Shown here in pieces: positions 36,898 to 48,045 of a DNA stretch of 61,708 nt. Below the pieces are notes generated by a model, which worked only from the letters and a program-made list of their open reading frames with translations, was not told the origin of the DNA and made no database searches. The stretch spans positions 1 to 61,708 of the forward strand of contig CAYTVF010000001.1 of the NCBI GenBank assembly GCA_964441345.1. Reading direction: 5' to 3'. Origin of the DNA: an uncultured Desulfopila sp. (lineage in GTDB: Bacteria > Desulfobacterota > Desulfobulbia > Desulfobulbales > Desulfocapsaceae). Numbering within the stretch: the first letter of the stretch is position 1; each line of letters starts with the position of its first letter. Both the position numbers and the translations under genes were made by a program.

Positions 36898-39132
36898 TTA
36901 TAATAAGCCGCCTAAATCACGATCTTTGTTTTGTTTTACAATTACTCTGTCCAGTTGCTCTTTAGTATCAGCGTCCAGCAACTGAACGTCTAATTCTGGA
37001 TTGCCATCAAATGTGTATTCTTTGGCAATGACTTGGTCTCTCTTAATAGAGAAAATATCACTTTTATTGATCTGCACCTTACCACTGAAGAACACCAGGA
37101 AGACTTTCCTCTCTAGCGAATAAAGATCACCAGGACCTTTTTCTGATTGGATTTTTAACTGAAACAAATCCCCGGTAACACTCTTCAAATCATCTTTGTT
37201 TGCGAAACAGACCTTCAATAATTGTGATGATGTTCCTGAACGTTCCCAACAAAAATATGGGGTTATAAGTTCCTGTGGCGAGACACCACCGTGGGAAAAC
37301 CCGTACACACCGGGCGTCTTAAACGGATTCAATGTTTTAGAAAAATAGAGGTAATGGAAATTTTCATAATTTTTCTCTATTTCGATATATGCATTGGTTA
37401 ATGCTGACTGACGTTTTTCCGTTCGAACATATCGTTCTGCTTTTTCTGATTGTCCATCGAGTGATAAAGTAATTTTTTCGGACTCACTCAGTAAGCCGGT
37501 TAAGACAAAACCATGGTCGGTAATCAAATATACTTTGGAATAGCCACTATTAAATAGCAGGCCAATTTTCTCAGCAAAATACTCAATGGTTTCGGGGAAA
37601 TATTTTAACGCCTTATGTTGCAGCTTTTCTCCCATCGCATCGATATCTTTATAGGTGCAGATCAGAAATTGATCAGACCGTGTATCCTCGGTCACTTCAT
37701 CCAGTTTGATGAAATCAATGGACGTGCCGGCGTTTTGCTCACGTAAATATTGTTCACGCTTATTTTGAACCTTCTCTGTAAACCCATTCGCCATATAGAT
37801 CCGGCTCATGTTATTTTCTGTGTCGGAAGGAACATCTACAAGGATGCTAATTTTCGTAAGCTTGAAGTTGCTGTTCACCCTATCCGCAACTTGACAGGCA
37901 ATTTCGTACGCAACTCCATCGCCTACAATAACGGCTGTTTTAGTATTGTTTTGATCAATGATTTGCTGAAGTATTCCAGTTTGCTCTTCTTTGTAGCCGT
38001 CAAAATGTTTAAACCATTTATCCAGAAATATAGAGACAACTTGCTTGTATTGTTCCTGGAATGGCTCCAACAAATCTCTCTTGTTCAGAAATTCAGTGTA
38101 AAGGTTTCTGATTGCGGTATCGAGTTTATAAAAGTGTTTCGTATAGAACTCTACACACTCCGAAAATGAACTGAGGTAGGCAATGTCCTGAGGGTCAAAT
38201 TCGAGCAATATCTTTACATCATTCCAAAATGTGATCCCTAACGCCTGTGCTTGTTTATTCTTGATTCTTTGAGAGATAGTAGTCAGATAGTTCGGCTGCA
38301 ACTCTTTGTTACCTATATTACCGCCAATAACCTTAACCCATTTCTCGTCAACAGATCTGAATGGGTGAGATGTGCTAACAGTCCAAAAATCAATATCGGA
38401 TGGCAATTTATACTTACTGAGGTAATCAGAGAAGGACTTCCGGTAGCTTACCGAATCGAGCCAGTTACGATAGACAGCTTCGAAGATCGGATGGAGTGCT
38501 CCATATGCCAAACCATCCAACATCGATTTTACTACCTCACCAGCAAGTGTTTGCGGTGGCTTGGGAATGTATTCCTGCTTTAACAGGTCATTTACCTTGC
38601 GATAGAAGGTTTCTCTCAACTGGGGATCATATTTTTCTGCTCCATACTTCACTGGATCATGAATAAAAGGGAGCAATTCTTTTTTCAGATCAAAGATTTC
38701 CGTTGCTCCTTTATGACTCAGATCCATCCAGTAGGTTTGATCCTTACCCACGCTTACTTTTGCCGCAGCGATGATTTCCTCTTTTGGCAAGTTTATATTC
38801 AGATTCAGCGTCTGGTGGACCTTATCCTTGATGTAATTTTGCAAATAGCGGATTTCAAGTACCCCATTGATCTCACAATACTCCCGGACAAATTTCAGTT
38901 CATCCTTGGCAGTGCGTGTATAGATGAGGTGCTTCGTCGAGGAAGGTTGTTCACGCTCAATCAAATATTTTACGTGCAACTCTTCAATTTCTGAAGACGT
39001 TCTATGAACGGTGTAGACCGTTTCAACAGTTCGCAATAGAAATTCAGCGTCTCCTGATTCATCAATAAAAACTGCGACCGGATGTTTCTCAAAGATGCTC
39101 TGCAGATCCTTTTTAAACCAGATATCAATCAT
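36898..39132 (-). CDS. pglZ: BREX phosphatase/nuclease PglZ
   Basis: IVGDGVAYE, ITDHGF, HGGVSPQE alkaline-phosphatase-like motifs; lies between pglX and brxL. Confidence 0.88.
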   Translation of the reverse strand: MIDIWFKKDLQSIFEKHPVAVFIDESGDAEFLLRTVETVYTVHRTSSEIEELHVKYLIEREQPSSTKHLIYTRTAKDELKFVREYCEINGVLEIRYLQNYIKDKVHQTLNLNINLPKEEIIAAAKVSVGKDQTYWMDLSHKGATEIFDLKKELLPFIHDPVKYGAEKYDPQLRETFYRKVNDLLKQEYIPKPPQTLAGEVVKSMLDGLAYGALHPIFEAVYRNWLDSVSYRKSFSDYLSKYKLPSDIDFWTVSTSHPFRSVDEKWVKVIGGNIGNKELQPNYLTTISQRIKNKQAQALGITFWNDVKILLEFDPQDIAYLSSFSECVEFYTKHFYKLDTAIRNLYTEFLNKRDLLEPFQEQYKQVVSIFLDKWFKHFDGYKEEQTGILQQIIDQNNTKTAVIVGDGVAYEIACQVADRVNSNFKLTKISILVDVPSDTENNMSRIYMANGFTEKVQNKREQYLREQNAGTSIDFIKLDEVTEDTRSDQFLICTYKDIDAMGEKLQHKALKYFPETIEYFAEKIGLLFNSGYSKVYLITDHGFVLTGLLSESEKITLSLDGQSEKAERYVRTEKRQSALTNAYIEIEKNYENFHYLYFSKTLNPFKTPGVYGFSHGGVSPQELITPYFCWERSGTSSQLLKVCFANKDDLKSVTGDLFQLKIQSEKGPGDLYSLERKVFLVFFSGKVQINKSDIFSIKRDQVIAKEYTFDGNPELDVQLLDADTKEQLDRVIVKQNKDRDLGGLL

Positions 39133-39144
39133 AGCCTGTTCTCT

Positions 39145-42100
39145 CTACCAGTCCGCATTAAGGTAATTTTCAAGCTGTCCTGCATTGAGAACCTCATAAG
39201 GGATCATTTTCTTCTTCTGCAGAGGTGCTATATTTTTACCCACCCCATCGTCCAAAATGGGGTTGTAACCTTCAGTTAGCAGTTCGTCGATTTTCACCTT
39301 AAAAGACTCAATTTCTTTGAGCTGTTTAAAAATCCGGTCTTTTACGTTTTGTGCTTCCGCACTGTTATTCTTGGCCAAATCACTTTGACGGTTAACCAAT
39401 GAGCGCTCTCGATTTTCGAGATAGACTGATCGGAGTCGCATCAATTTATCCCTACTCCATTTGTAGATAATGATAAAGCAGTCAAAACCCTGTTCCGGTC
39501 CACTAGAGAGATGCCAGATAAAGGGAGTTTTAGGGAGGTACATGAATAGATTGAGGTGATCGGAAAGTGCTGAAAAGAAGTGATTATTGATATAATCGTT
39601 GAGCGGTTGCGCCAATACAGCATCAAAGTTTGAGAATTGAGCAGTCGAGAACCCTTTCTCGATGAATTTATCTTCAATTCGTTCATAGAGGATTTTTTCA
39701 CCGGCATTAGGGACCAGAGGGATGATTCCGTCATCATCTTCCATCAAAATTTCACGGATCAGGTCTGCCAGAAACTCCATAGCCAGAGTGTTCATTCGTT
39801 GTTTTGGGAGTACATTGCTCTGTTTAAACCAATACCAAACATTTATGGGATTGATCTGATTTCGGAGACAGAACTCTTCAAGACCGTTGTTGCTCTGGTA
39901 AAGGGTTGGAAATTCGCTCTCAATTGTTTCCTGCTCTTCAGTGCAAAATTCTTTGACCGGAAGTGATTCTATAAAATTGCAAATATTGTCGAGAGGGAAC
40001 GTTTTGAGTATCTCAGCTTCGGTCAGGTAAGCCCGCCGTGCCTCGGTAGATATCGGCAGCCCACCTATACTTCCACCTTCTTTAGCAAGAACCATAATCT
40101 TGTCATGTTCGGTCAGATCATAGATCTCAAAAATATTTTCGTTAATGATAGCTTGATTGAGAAGCACTTGGGTGACTAGGTGGTTTTCATAACTTGCAAA
40201 ATTCAAAAAGGAATTTTGCCAAGTGTCAGTTACATTTTGGAGTGGTGATTTGGTAAAGTTTTTTTCAATCAAAGAATACCGCTGTATATGCGAAGTTATT
40301 TCGATGTTAATATTTGATAATTTTGAAATTGTATTTTTGACATATGAATTTGGCTCAACGAATGGTATTCGATCAACATCTCCTTTTTGAGTATTAACTG
40401 TAGGATTCAAACAATTAATTACATATTCACAAAGACTACTGTTTAATACCCCAATTGCATACTTTGTCGTATCAGTCTTGTCTAAAATTATACTTGCTCC
40501 CCCAACATCAAAAACATTATTGGGAGGCAAATACCTAAATGAAGCTCCTTTTGACCCAGATGCTGAATATGTCACACCTTCTTTGAAATAGTATTTTCTA
40601 TTCCTTAGTATTGACTTCGAGTAATTTTCTAGTTTTTTCCCAGAGTCCTCCCAATCTATACAAAGCCATAAATTACCGCTCCACTTTTGATAATTGCCGC
40701 CCTTAGCATAACCTTTCCATTTTAATTGATCATTTATTGATTTTGACAAATTATTTTTATCAACTTCCCACCAAAAACGTAAAAATCGCTCATTGTTACC
40801 TGTTTGAAGTCCTGGTTTTGCGGATCCAATGTTTTCAATAGTTTTCTTTTCGAACTTTTCCCGGAACTCATCAGAGATCCAATAAATAAAAGGCCAAGAT
40901 TTGATGATTTTCAGTTTGGATTGCTCTAGCGTGTAAACACGATCATTCTCAATTCCGGCAACAACGTTTTCTAATGCTTCAATAAATTTTCCCTTTTTGA
41001 ATTTTTCCTGAAGATTAGAGGCCAAGTTAAAGTAAAGACCTTCTTTGTCACCTTTGGTTTTGCTCAATACATAGAATGTCGCATCAAGCAATATCCCTGG
41101 GCCAAAAAGATTTACTCTATCAAGCCCATAATCCACCATTGTGTCAATATGAGTATTTTCGATCATAAATTCGCGCACACCCTCAAATGTTTTGATAAAC
41201 ATGAAGGTGTGCGGATGAATCATAGCGATTTTGCCATTTTTTCCTGTTAACTCATAACTGCGTTTGATGAAAGTGGCATAGAGGTTGGTGTGAAATTTAT
41301 AAGGTTGTTTGTAGTTATCTTCGATGAAAACTTTCAGCTCAGAGCCAAAATCAGCACTGTCCGTATAGGGTGGATTAGCTGTTGCCACGTCGTATTCTGT
41401 GGTGAGTAGTTCCAGATACTTGATCGCATCGCGTGTTTTACTCGCCAAGAAACTATTTCCCTCTGTTCGAGCATACTGTTCAACTGCAATCTGCAGATTA
41501 TTGAAGAAGGTAGCCGCAAAATCTTTATATTGAGTCACTTCATTCGCAGCAAAAAGGTTTAACTGTCGTTCAGATTGTTTGGCCTCTAGAGTTCTAAGTC
41601 GGTCTTTCACCTTTCCATCCAAACGAATCAACGAGCCAAACTTATAGGCATACTGCAGATCACTCCAGATATCCGAGATCAGTTCTTTCTGACTTTGGTT
41701 AAGATTAGTTTCTTCTTCAAAAATATGTCTGGTCTTCTCATAGTCGGGCAGAAAAAAATCGGATGAGACTACGTTGAATTTCAGGTTGGTTTGGGATCGA
41801 GATTTCTTACGGGATTTGATAAAGAGACCGAGTTGCGCGAGCTGGATGGCACGGTCATCAAGATCAATGCCATGCAGATTGTTCTCAATGATTAACCTGG
41901 GAATTTCATCCTCTTCATAATCTGCACCATAATTTACGATCTGATCAAGGTACAGTAAGTAAAAGAACTCAAAAGCATACAGCAGGAAGTTACCCGAACC
42001 GCATGCCGGGTCGATCAATTTGATCTCATGCAACGCTTTAGGTTTGCGCTCTTGCTTTTTTGGTGCATTGGCAATTTTGAATTTTTTCTTGATTGCCGAA

Positions 42101-42840
42101 TCGGGGTACATCTCCAGATAGAGCTTTCCCAACGAATTCTCTACAAGAAACTGAACTACCCACAGCGGGGTATAAACCTGTGATTGCAAAGAAACTTTGT
42201 CGTATTCGGTCTTCTTTTTGCTTTCTTTGAAAAGGGCCTTCTTGGCACTGTTATAACTTTCATAGAGCCACCCCAGGATATCATCACTCTGCCAAATATT
42301 AGTTTCTACCTGTGGATCTTTTTCCACTTCATTGAAGGCATCGATAATTTCATTAAGACTGATAGCATCAGGCAACAGCGCATAGCAATAGCCTCTGCTG
42401 TACAATGGTAATGTTTCGCCCAGACCATCAAAAGCGTATTTGAGAAACTCTCGAATACCTTCAAGCTCCTCACTACGCATATCTGGCCGGATCTCCAGCC
42501 AGGCTTTATGCCCAAAAGAGCGGGCTCCATGCTCAGGTTGTTTAGTGATAATAGGTGGAAAGAGGCTGGCTGCTTCCATCACCTTAACGGCAGCAATACG
42601 GTTGAAGAGGGTGAATGTCAGTTCATCCAACAATTTTTCCCTGCCTTTTTCATATGAACCAGTTTCGCCTATATGATTCTGGAGCATTTCCTCAAACCGC
42701 TGGCGTTTAGTGTGCAGCTCAGAGGGGAGTTTTTCCAGTTCAATCATTTTGATCGCACTGATACCCAATCTGGCAAACTGTTTGTCGAAGGCAGCTTGGA
42801 TCAGGGTGCGGAGTTTTTCAACATGTTCTGAAAGTTTCAT
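39145..42840 (-). CDS. pglX: BREX adenine methyltransferase PglX
   Basis: DPACGSGNFL, ANPPY, LGWLYESYN, LDDGVGKNIAPL. Confidence 0.92.
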   Translation of the reverse strand: MKLSEHVEKLRTLIQAAFDKQFARLGISAIKMIELEKLPSELHTKRQRFEEMLQNHIGETGSYEKGREKLLDELTFTLFNRIAAVKVMEAASLFPPIITKQPEHGARSFGHKAWLEIRPDMRSEELEGIREFLKYAFDGLGETLPLYSRGYCYALLPDAISLNEIIDAFNEVEKDPQVETNIWQSDDILGWLYESYNSAKKALFKESKKKTEYDKVSLQSQVYTPLWVVQFLVENSLGKLYLEMYPDSAIKKKFKIANAPKKQERKPKALHEIKLIDPACGSGNFLLYAFEFFYLLYLDQIVNYGADYEEDEIPRLIIENNLHGIDLDDRAIQLAQLGLFIKSRKKSRSQTNLKFNVVSSDFFLPDYEKTRHIFEEETNLNQSQKELISDIWSDLQYAYKFGSLIRLDGKVKDRLRTLEAKQSERQLNLFAANEVTQYKDFAATFFNNLQIAVEQYARTEGNSFLASKTRDAIKYLELLTTEYDVATANPPYTDSADFGSELKVFIEDNYKQPYKFHTNLYATFIKRSYELTGKNGKIAMIHPHTFMFIKTFEGVREFMIENTHIDTMVDYGLDRVNLFGPGILLDATFYVLSKTKGDKEGLYFNLASNLQEKFKKGKFIEALENVVAGIENDRVYTLEQSKLKIIKSWPFIYWISDEFREKFEKKTIENIGSAKPGLQTGNNERFLRFWWEVDKNNLSKSINDQLKWKGYAKGGNYQKWSGNLWLCIDWEDSGKKLENYSKSILRNRKYYFKEGVTYSASGSKGASFRYLPPNNVFDVGGASIILDKTDTTKYAIGVLNSSLCEYVINCLNPTVNTQKGDVDRIPFVEPNSYVKNTISKLSNINIEITSHIQRYSLIEKNFTKSPLQNVTDTWQNSFLNFASYENHLVTQVLLNQAIINENIFEIYDLTEHDKIMVLAKEGGSIGGLPISTEARRAYLTEAEILKTFPLDNICNFIESLPVKEFCTEEQETIESEFPTLYQSNNGLEEFCLRNQINPINVWYWFKQSNVLPKQRMNTLAMEFLADLIREILMEDDDGIIPLVPNAGEKILYERIEDKFIEKGFSTAQFSNFDAVLAQPLNDYINNHFFSALSDHLNLFMYLPKTPFIWHLSSGPEQGFDCFIIIYKWSRDKLMRLRSVYLENRERSLVNRQSDLAKNNSAEAQNVKDRIFKQLKEIESFKVKIDELLTEGYNPILDDGVGKNIAPLQKKKMIPYEVLNAGQLENYLNADW

Positions 42841-42851
42841 CAGTTATCCAC

Positions 42852-45800
42852 CTAATATAAGGTTTCAATGTCCAGTTCAATTTCTTCATCAGGTCGTGCT
42901 GTCGCCAATGCTGTCAGTTGAGTAGTCAGAAAGGATTTATATTTTTGAATTGTCATGACTTTTCCAGGGACCTGCAGCTTGATTTTACGAGGTGGCTTGG
43001 GAGGATCCGGTTCCGCTGTTCCTAGTCCTCCCGGATCTGGTGGAGGTGGTGCATTTGCCACAAAACCACTTTGGATAATTACCAGGTCATTTTCTTTATT
43101 TGGGGCCAAAGCGGTATAGTTCAAGATGTCTGACAGTGAGAATCCACAAATTGAACAGGAAACAGAGAATTCGAGATTTGGTTCTGCAATGATTCTATCG
43201 GCACAATATCGCTTGAGACTTTCCAACTTACTGAGTTGCTGAGTGTTCAACTCGGCGGGATAATTCTTTTTCAGCTCACGTATCACACCATCTACTTTAC
43301 CCTGAAGCAATTGATATTCGTGAGCCATTCCAGAAGCGGCAATTTTGAACAATTTAAAATAGCTGTCCTTAACAACCTGTGCCTGCTGAAGAAGTAGAGG
43401 GAAGTTTTTCACCATATCCTGATTGAAGAGCCGCATAAATTCTTCATGTGCATCGCCTATACTGTCATCAGTGCGATCCGCCTTCTTCAACTCGGTAATA
43501 ACTTCTTTGATAAAGCGCTTATAATCCTTCGCCTTCGAGAAGTTCTTTTTTATAAATTTCAGCGCCTTAATAATGATTTCGATGGACGATTTAAATGTGT
43601 CTTCGTTGGCGAGAAGGTATTCAACTTTTTCAACATAGTTGCTTTCGGTTACCTTGCCGGAATAATCGAGTAAGGTTGCTTTTTGTGCGACCACATTGGG
43701 GAAAAGAGATTCAAAATTATTGATCGTTTCATGAAGAGTTGTCAGTGCCCCAATAAAATGATCCACCATGAATTTGATTGCCTCAGCAAGATCAAAGTCA
43801 TTGGTATTCCAGTCTACTTTGCGACCTGTATGGTTTTCAATTTCCAGATCCATTAAGAGTTTCACTACCTGGTTTTTCTGGGCTGCAGTAAGACTTTTCG
43901 CAATTGATTTGAATGATGCTGATTTAAATTTTGTGGCATTGGTGAAGGCATCATGAACAGACTTGTCTTTATATGAAAAGCAAGGTTCTTGACCGTTATG
44001 TTTCACACTCAGCTTTCCGGCTCGAAAGAGCGCAGCTAGAGTACATACTATTGTTCCAAAAGAGTAACCCCAGGGTGCTCCAGAGAGTTCAAACTCCAGT
44101 GATTTGCCATCAATGAAACGAGATTTAATCTTTATTTGGATTTCTTCGACTACTTTCAGGTGATCACCGGTAAAATTGCCATTGGCATCAAAAAATTTGA
44201 AGTCATCACCTGAAAAGAGTCTATGGAGGTCTTCTTTGCGATTACTGAAAATTTTAGACACCAACCCATCAGATAGTTGAGAGGGGAGCCTTTTTGTGTA
44301 AATGATTTTTATGAGTTTGCGCTGAAGATCATTGATGGTTCCTTTGAAGGTATCCTGATTGAGAAGGTGCTCGTCGAACATATAAATCAGCGAAGCATTT
44401 TTATATGCCTTTTCGATTTTTATTCTTAAATCTTTCTCCTTCTCTTCACGCATAATAGAGAAATCCCGAATAATCTGACGCTTGGCAGAATCAGCTTCAT
44501 TGGAATACTTTTCTTCCATATAGGAGTAACGGCGAACTTCTCCTATCAGCTTATCTATCTGAACAAACTCTCTATTATCAGGGACAAGGGTGATCTGATC
44601 CTTTTTGTATTGAGTATCCATCTTTATGGACTCAATAAAGTCCTGTCTGTTTTCTCCAATATTAAACAAACTAAAAACATTTAATTGTAGATACTTACTA
44701 CCTGAACCACACAGTTCATCATCCTGGTCAGACACCACACTGAATTTGAAAGAATCTGTTCCCTCATTGAAAGTAGCCACAGGGTTAAGAAACTTATATT
44801 CCTTAATACAGTTAATCAGAGAGCGTTTCTTATTGAAAAGCTCGACCTCAAAGTCCTTCATTTCTTCGAGAAGTTTTCCTTCAAGGTCTGATGTTATTTT
44901 GTAGATGTTATTTGAAAGCAGGAGAACTTTAGCTTCGACCAGCAGCAGAAGAGATTTTTCAATTTTAGGTTTGATGTCGTAATAGGCCGTTATATCAGCG
45001 ATGTAGCTTTTTGTAATATTTTCGACCGATGCTGATACAACTTCAGAGTCTGCAAGCAGATGTATGGTTTTCAGCAGTTTTTCACCATCAACCCCTGAAT
45101 GACTCTCATTGAGAATTTTTCGGGCAGTATCATATTTATTAACAAGTCCTACAGGTGGAGCGGTCTGGGCTTCAGTACAAATAGCGTGGCCAGCTGCGAA
45201 GGCATACATTTTTTCATTCCGCATCTGCTTCCGGAGAACATCAAATGTAGTAATAATCATGCCACGAGCGGCAATTTGTGTTGCCACTAACGCATTCGAA
45301 CTGAAGAGGAATTTCTGTAAGATATCGAACTGATATTTATGGAAGGGGTAATAAGTGGCAAATTCCTCAGCGGATGCAGTTTTAGTTGGGAAAGATGATT
45401 TTAGATTTGTTGCATCTGAAACAAGACCTTCGTTTTTCTTGAAATAGTCTACCAATTGACCGAAATACTTTTCTTTTTTCTGTAGCAACCGACTGCGTAT
45501 AATTACATCTACTTCAGTGGATTCGAGATGGATTTTAGTCTTGAACCTATCTGTAACTTTGGTGAGCTGGCTCCGATTCACATTGGCATTATTGATAACG
45601 TCGTCTAGCTTTTCCTGAGCAATAGCAATCGTCCATACTTTATTGCTGATGCTGGACAATGCCTCGCTGATCCCTTCAAGATCAAGAAGAGTGAATTTTT
45701 GCTGACTAATGGCCTCACTCGCTTCATCAAATACAAATAATAGTGTCTCGTCTTCTCTGAATTTCAGATATTTCTCCAGCATATCCTTAAACTTACTGGC

Positions 45801-46487
45801 AGAAAAATCATTGATAGCTGAACTGTAAACACCGTAGGTATCGTTATAGTCTGCATCGCTGTAGCCCATCAATTGAAAGGCTTTGCGCATGACTTTGGCA
45901 ACTTGCCTGTTACTTGTTCTCAGCTCATTCCATTCTTTGCCCTCTTGAGTTCTTACCGCATGTTCAAACTCATCATATTTTCCATCGATATAAAGGTCGA
46001 ATTCCATATATCCATAGATGTCATCCCTGAAGCCCAGATTTTTCAGGAAGTTGGCAAACAAAGTGAATGCCAGACCACGGTCGGTATTTTGTTTTGCGAC
46101 ATCCAAAAAAACAACTCGGCTGTTGATCGAAGCCAGATTGAGTATCGTGTTTTCTATAAGACTTTCGTCCGAAACACCTTTAAGGCGGAGAATAAAGCGA
46201 TCTCTAGCTGAAGTGCCGTTTATCATAGGATTGGCTATGATATAACCGAGCATCTTTCCAAAATAGGATTTCCCTGAACCATAAAAACCAGAAAGCCAGA
46301 CACCCGTCTCTTTAATGTTCGACGTAAACTGATTAGAAAAATTGTAAAGATGGCGTCCAATCCCCTCAGTGACAATATAGGACTCAATTTCCTGCTGTAT
46401 TTCCAGTTCGGATCGGTCTTCAAGGTCAATCACATTCTTGATATCTTCTTGAAGATCGAGAGCTAATATTTCATTAATTGTTGTCAT
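42852..46487 (-). CDS. brxC: BREX P-loop ATPase BrxC
   Basis: WLSGFYGSGKS, VFDE, YYPFHKYQ; position in the operon. Confidence 0.9.
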   Translation of the reverse strand: MTTINEILALDLQEDIKNVIDLEDRSELEIQQEIESYIVTEGIGRHLYNFSNQFTSNIKETGVWLSGFYGSGKSYFGKMLGYIIANPMINGTSARDRFILRLKGVSDESLIENTILNLASINSRVVFLDVAKQNTDRGLAFTLFANFLKNLGFRDDIYGYMEFDLYIDGKYDEFEHAVRTQEGKEWNELRTSNRQVAKVMRKAFQLMGYSDADYNDTYGVYSSAINDFSASKFKDMLEKYLKFREDETLLFVFDEASEAISQQKFTLLDLEGISEALSSISNKVWTIAIAQEKLDDVINNANVNRSQLTKVTDRFKTKIHLESTEVDVIIRSRLLQKKEKYFGQLVDYFKKNEGLVSDATNLKSSFPTKTASAEEFATYYPFHKYQFDILQKFLFSSNALVATQIAARGMIITTFDVLRKQMRNEKMYAFAAGHAICTEAQTAPPVGLVNKYDTARKILNESHSGVDGEKLLKTIHLLADSEVVSASVENITKSYIADITAYYDIKPKIEKSLLLLVEAKVLLLSNNIYKITSDLEGKLLEEMKDFEVELFNKKRSLINCIKEYKFLNPVATFNEGTDSFKFSVVSDQDDELCGSGSKYLQLNVFSLFNIGENRQDFIESIKMDTQYKKDQITLVPDNREFVQIDKLIGEVRRYSYMEEKYSNEADSAKRQIIRDFSIMREEKEKDLRIKIEKAYKNASLIYMFDEHLLNQDTFKGTINDLQRKLIKIIYTKRLPSQLSDGLVSKIFSNRKEDLHRLFSGDDFKFFDANGNFTGDHLKVVEEIQIKIKSRFIDGKSLEFELSGAPWGYSFGTIVCTLAALFRAGKLSVKHNGQEPCFSYKDKSVHDAFTNATKFKSASFKSIAKSLTAAQKNQVVKLLMDLEIENHTGRKVDWNTNDFDLAEAIKFMVDHFIGALTTLHETINNFESLFPNVVAQKATLLDYSGKVTESNYVEKVEYLLANEDTFKSSIEIIIKALKFIKKNFSKAKDYKRFIKEVITELKKADRTDDSIGDAHEEFMRLFNQDMVKNFPLLLQQAQVVKDSYFKLFKIAASGMAHEYQLLQGKVDGVIRELKKNYPAELNTQQLSKLESLKRYCADRIIAEPNLEFSVSCSICGFSLSDILNYTALAPNKENDLVIIQSGFVANAPPPPDPGGLGTAEPDPPKPPRKIKLQVPGKVMTIQKYKSFLTTQLTALATARPDEEIELDIETLY

Positions 46488-46496
46488 GTGCTGTCC

Positions 46497-47045
46497 TTAT
46501 TTAACGAGAATGCAACGGTACTTTGACGCCGGTTTAAAATTCAAGAAGTAGATGTTGTCGTCTTCGATGCGAGATGGGTAGAAAATCACTAAAGGGTGTG
46601 GCAGGCTCATTACTGTCCGGTGCTCCATGATGTTGACGTTATCTATGCCGGTCCCATAGAGACAACCAGTTCTGATGAGAAATGGAATTTTTTCCTCGCT
46701 GCAGGATGCTTTTATTTCACAGATTATTAAATCAAACAGATCGACTGTTGGATCCTCCGACTTGAAGATCACATGCGGAGTATCCTGAAAATCTTGGTAA
46801 TAATCCTTAAACGAAGTCCAACCTTCTTCATCAATATACTTCACAAAGAGCTTGCTAATATCAATAAAGGCAGCTTTTCCGTGATATAGTTCCTTGGCTT
46901 TTTCAACATAAAGGTTCTCTTCGTCCGGTTGATAGGAAAACAGAATACTGTTTCCTCCATTAGCTTGTTTTCTAAGTTGATCTTGGTTTCTTATGTGTAA
47001 ATTCAGATCATCGAATTTTTGTTTATTATCAGTTACATAAGGCAT
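46497..47045 (-). CDS. brxB: BREX BrxB-like protein
   Basis: 182 aa; LFSYQPDEE...PLVIFYP...YR pattern; lies between brxA and brxC. Confidence 0.7.
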   Translation of the reverse strand: MPYVTDNKQKFDDLNLHIRNQDQLRKQANGGNSILFSYQPDEENLYVEKAKELYHGKAAFIDISKLFVKYIDEEGWTSFKDYYQDFQDTPHVIFKSEDPTVDLFDLIICEIKASCSEEKIPFLIRTGCLYGTGIDNVNIMEHRTVMSLPHPLVIFYPSRIEDDNIYFLNFKPASKYRCILVK

Positions 47046-47829
47046 CGCAGATTCCTTTATAGCTATGGTTTAATTCGATGTTCAAAGCAGCACCGTCAAA
47101 ATTCATATCAAACAAGCCTTTTTGCGAAAGCTTCTTGAGCCTCACTTTGAGATCTTCCTGTTCAATAAAGGACAATGGCAACAATGCATTCATTAGAATG
47201 TTACTGTTTTCAGGGTCGTACAGTTTGGCAAAATATAGAAATAGCACCAACGATTCTGATGTCATTTTCAGGTGTCTGAAGGATTTTTTTCGGACACCTT
47301 CAAGAAAATTCAATTTTGTCATGAGGTTTAGGTACTTGGTCGAAAGTGTAGTTATCGTCTTTTCAGACCATTTGAGACCTAGTTGCTTGTTTTGGTGCAG
47401 GAATTCTTTCAAATAAGCAGTGATATCATCTTTTGACAGAACAGTTCTTCCAGAGAAGTATACTTTGACGAATACCCTGCATGAGATTTCTCGAAACAAG
47501 CGATTGTTTAGTGAACATTGCCAAAAGAGGATCAATTCCCTTTCTGGTAGAGAAATATTATGTTGGAAAAGACCCTGAATCAAATCTTTGTGAGCCTGGT
47601 TTCTGAACTGGAGGAAAGCTCTGTTTATGGCTCTTTCTACACGTTCTTTGCTTTTTTTTGTTCTCAAATTGAATTCGTTTCGCTCCGAGATCAACCCACG
47701 AAGAGTGTCAGTTTCGTTGAAGTGAGATTCAATCGCCTTATAGATAACGCTACAATCTCGCAACCCACCTATGATGTTTATGGAGGTATCGTAATTGTCT
47801 AATTCTATTGAGTTAACAAGATCGATCAT
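47029..47829 (-). CDS. brxA: BREX BrxA-like protein
   Basis: First gene of the six-gene operon; WSEKTITTLSTKYL...KLNFLEG pattern. Confidence 0.7.
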   Translation of the reverse strand: MIDLVNSIELDNYDTSINIIGGLRDCSVIYKAIESHFNETDTLRGLISERNEFNLRTKKSKERVERAINRAFLQFRNQAHKDLIQGLFQHNISLPERELILFWQCSLNNRLFREISCRVFVKVYFSGRTVLSKDDITAYLKEFLHQNKQLGLKWSEKTITTLSTKYLNLMTKLNFLEGVRKKSFRHLKMTSESLVLFLYFAKLYDPENSNILMNALLPLSFIEQEDLKVRLKKLSQKGLFDMNFDGAALNIELNHSYKGICDALCN

Positions 47830-47912
47830 ATTCTTTTTATATGGTCTTAGAAACAGGATCTGGGATTGATCCTTATTCCAGGTATTTCATTCGAAACATC
47901 CCTCATTCCAGT

Positions 47913-48035
47913 CTCGATAGATAAAAAACCGGTCGATTACTACTCTGTCGTATCAATGCGATAATCCGTGACCATATTCGCGATTTGATTGACAAATAAG
48001 TACACGAACAGCGTTTTTTGTCAATCGAACATATC
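47913..48035. promoter_or_regulatory. Putative res site / divergent promoter region of resolvase A
   Basis: Homologous to 15321-15440; inverted repeats GATTGACAAA/TTTGTCAATC and CGATAGA/TCTGTCG. Confidence 0.55.
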
Positions 48036-48045
48036 GAGAGGGGAA

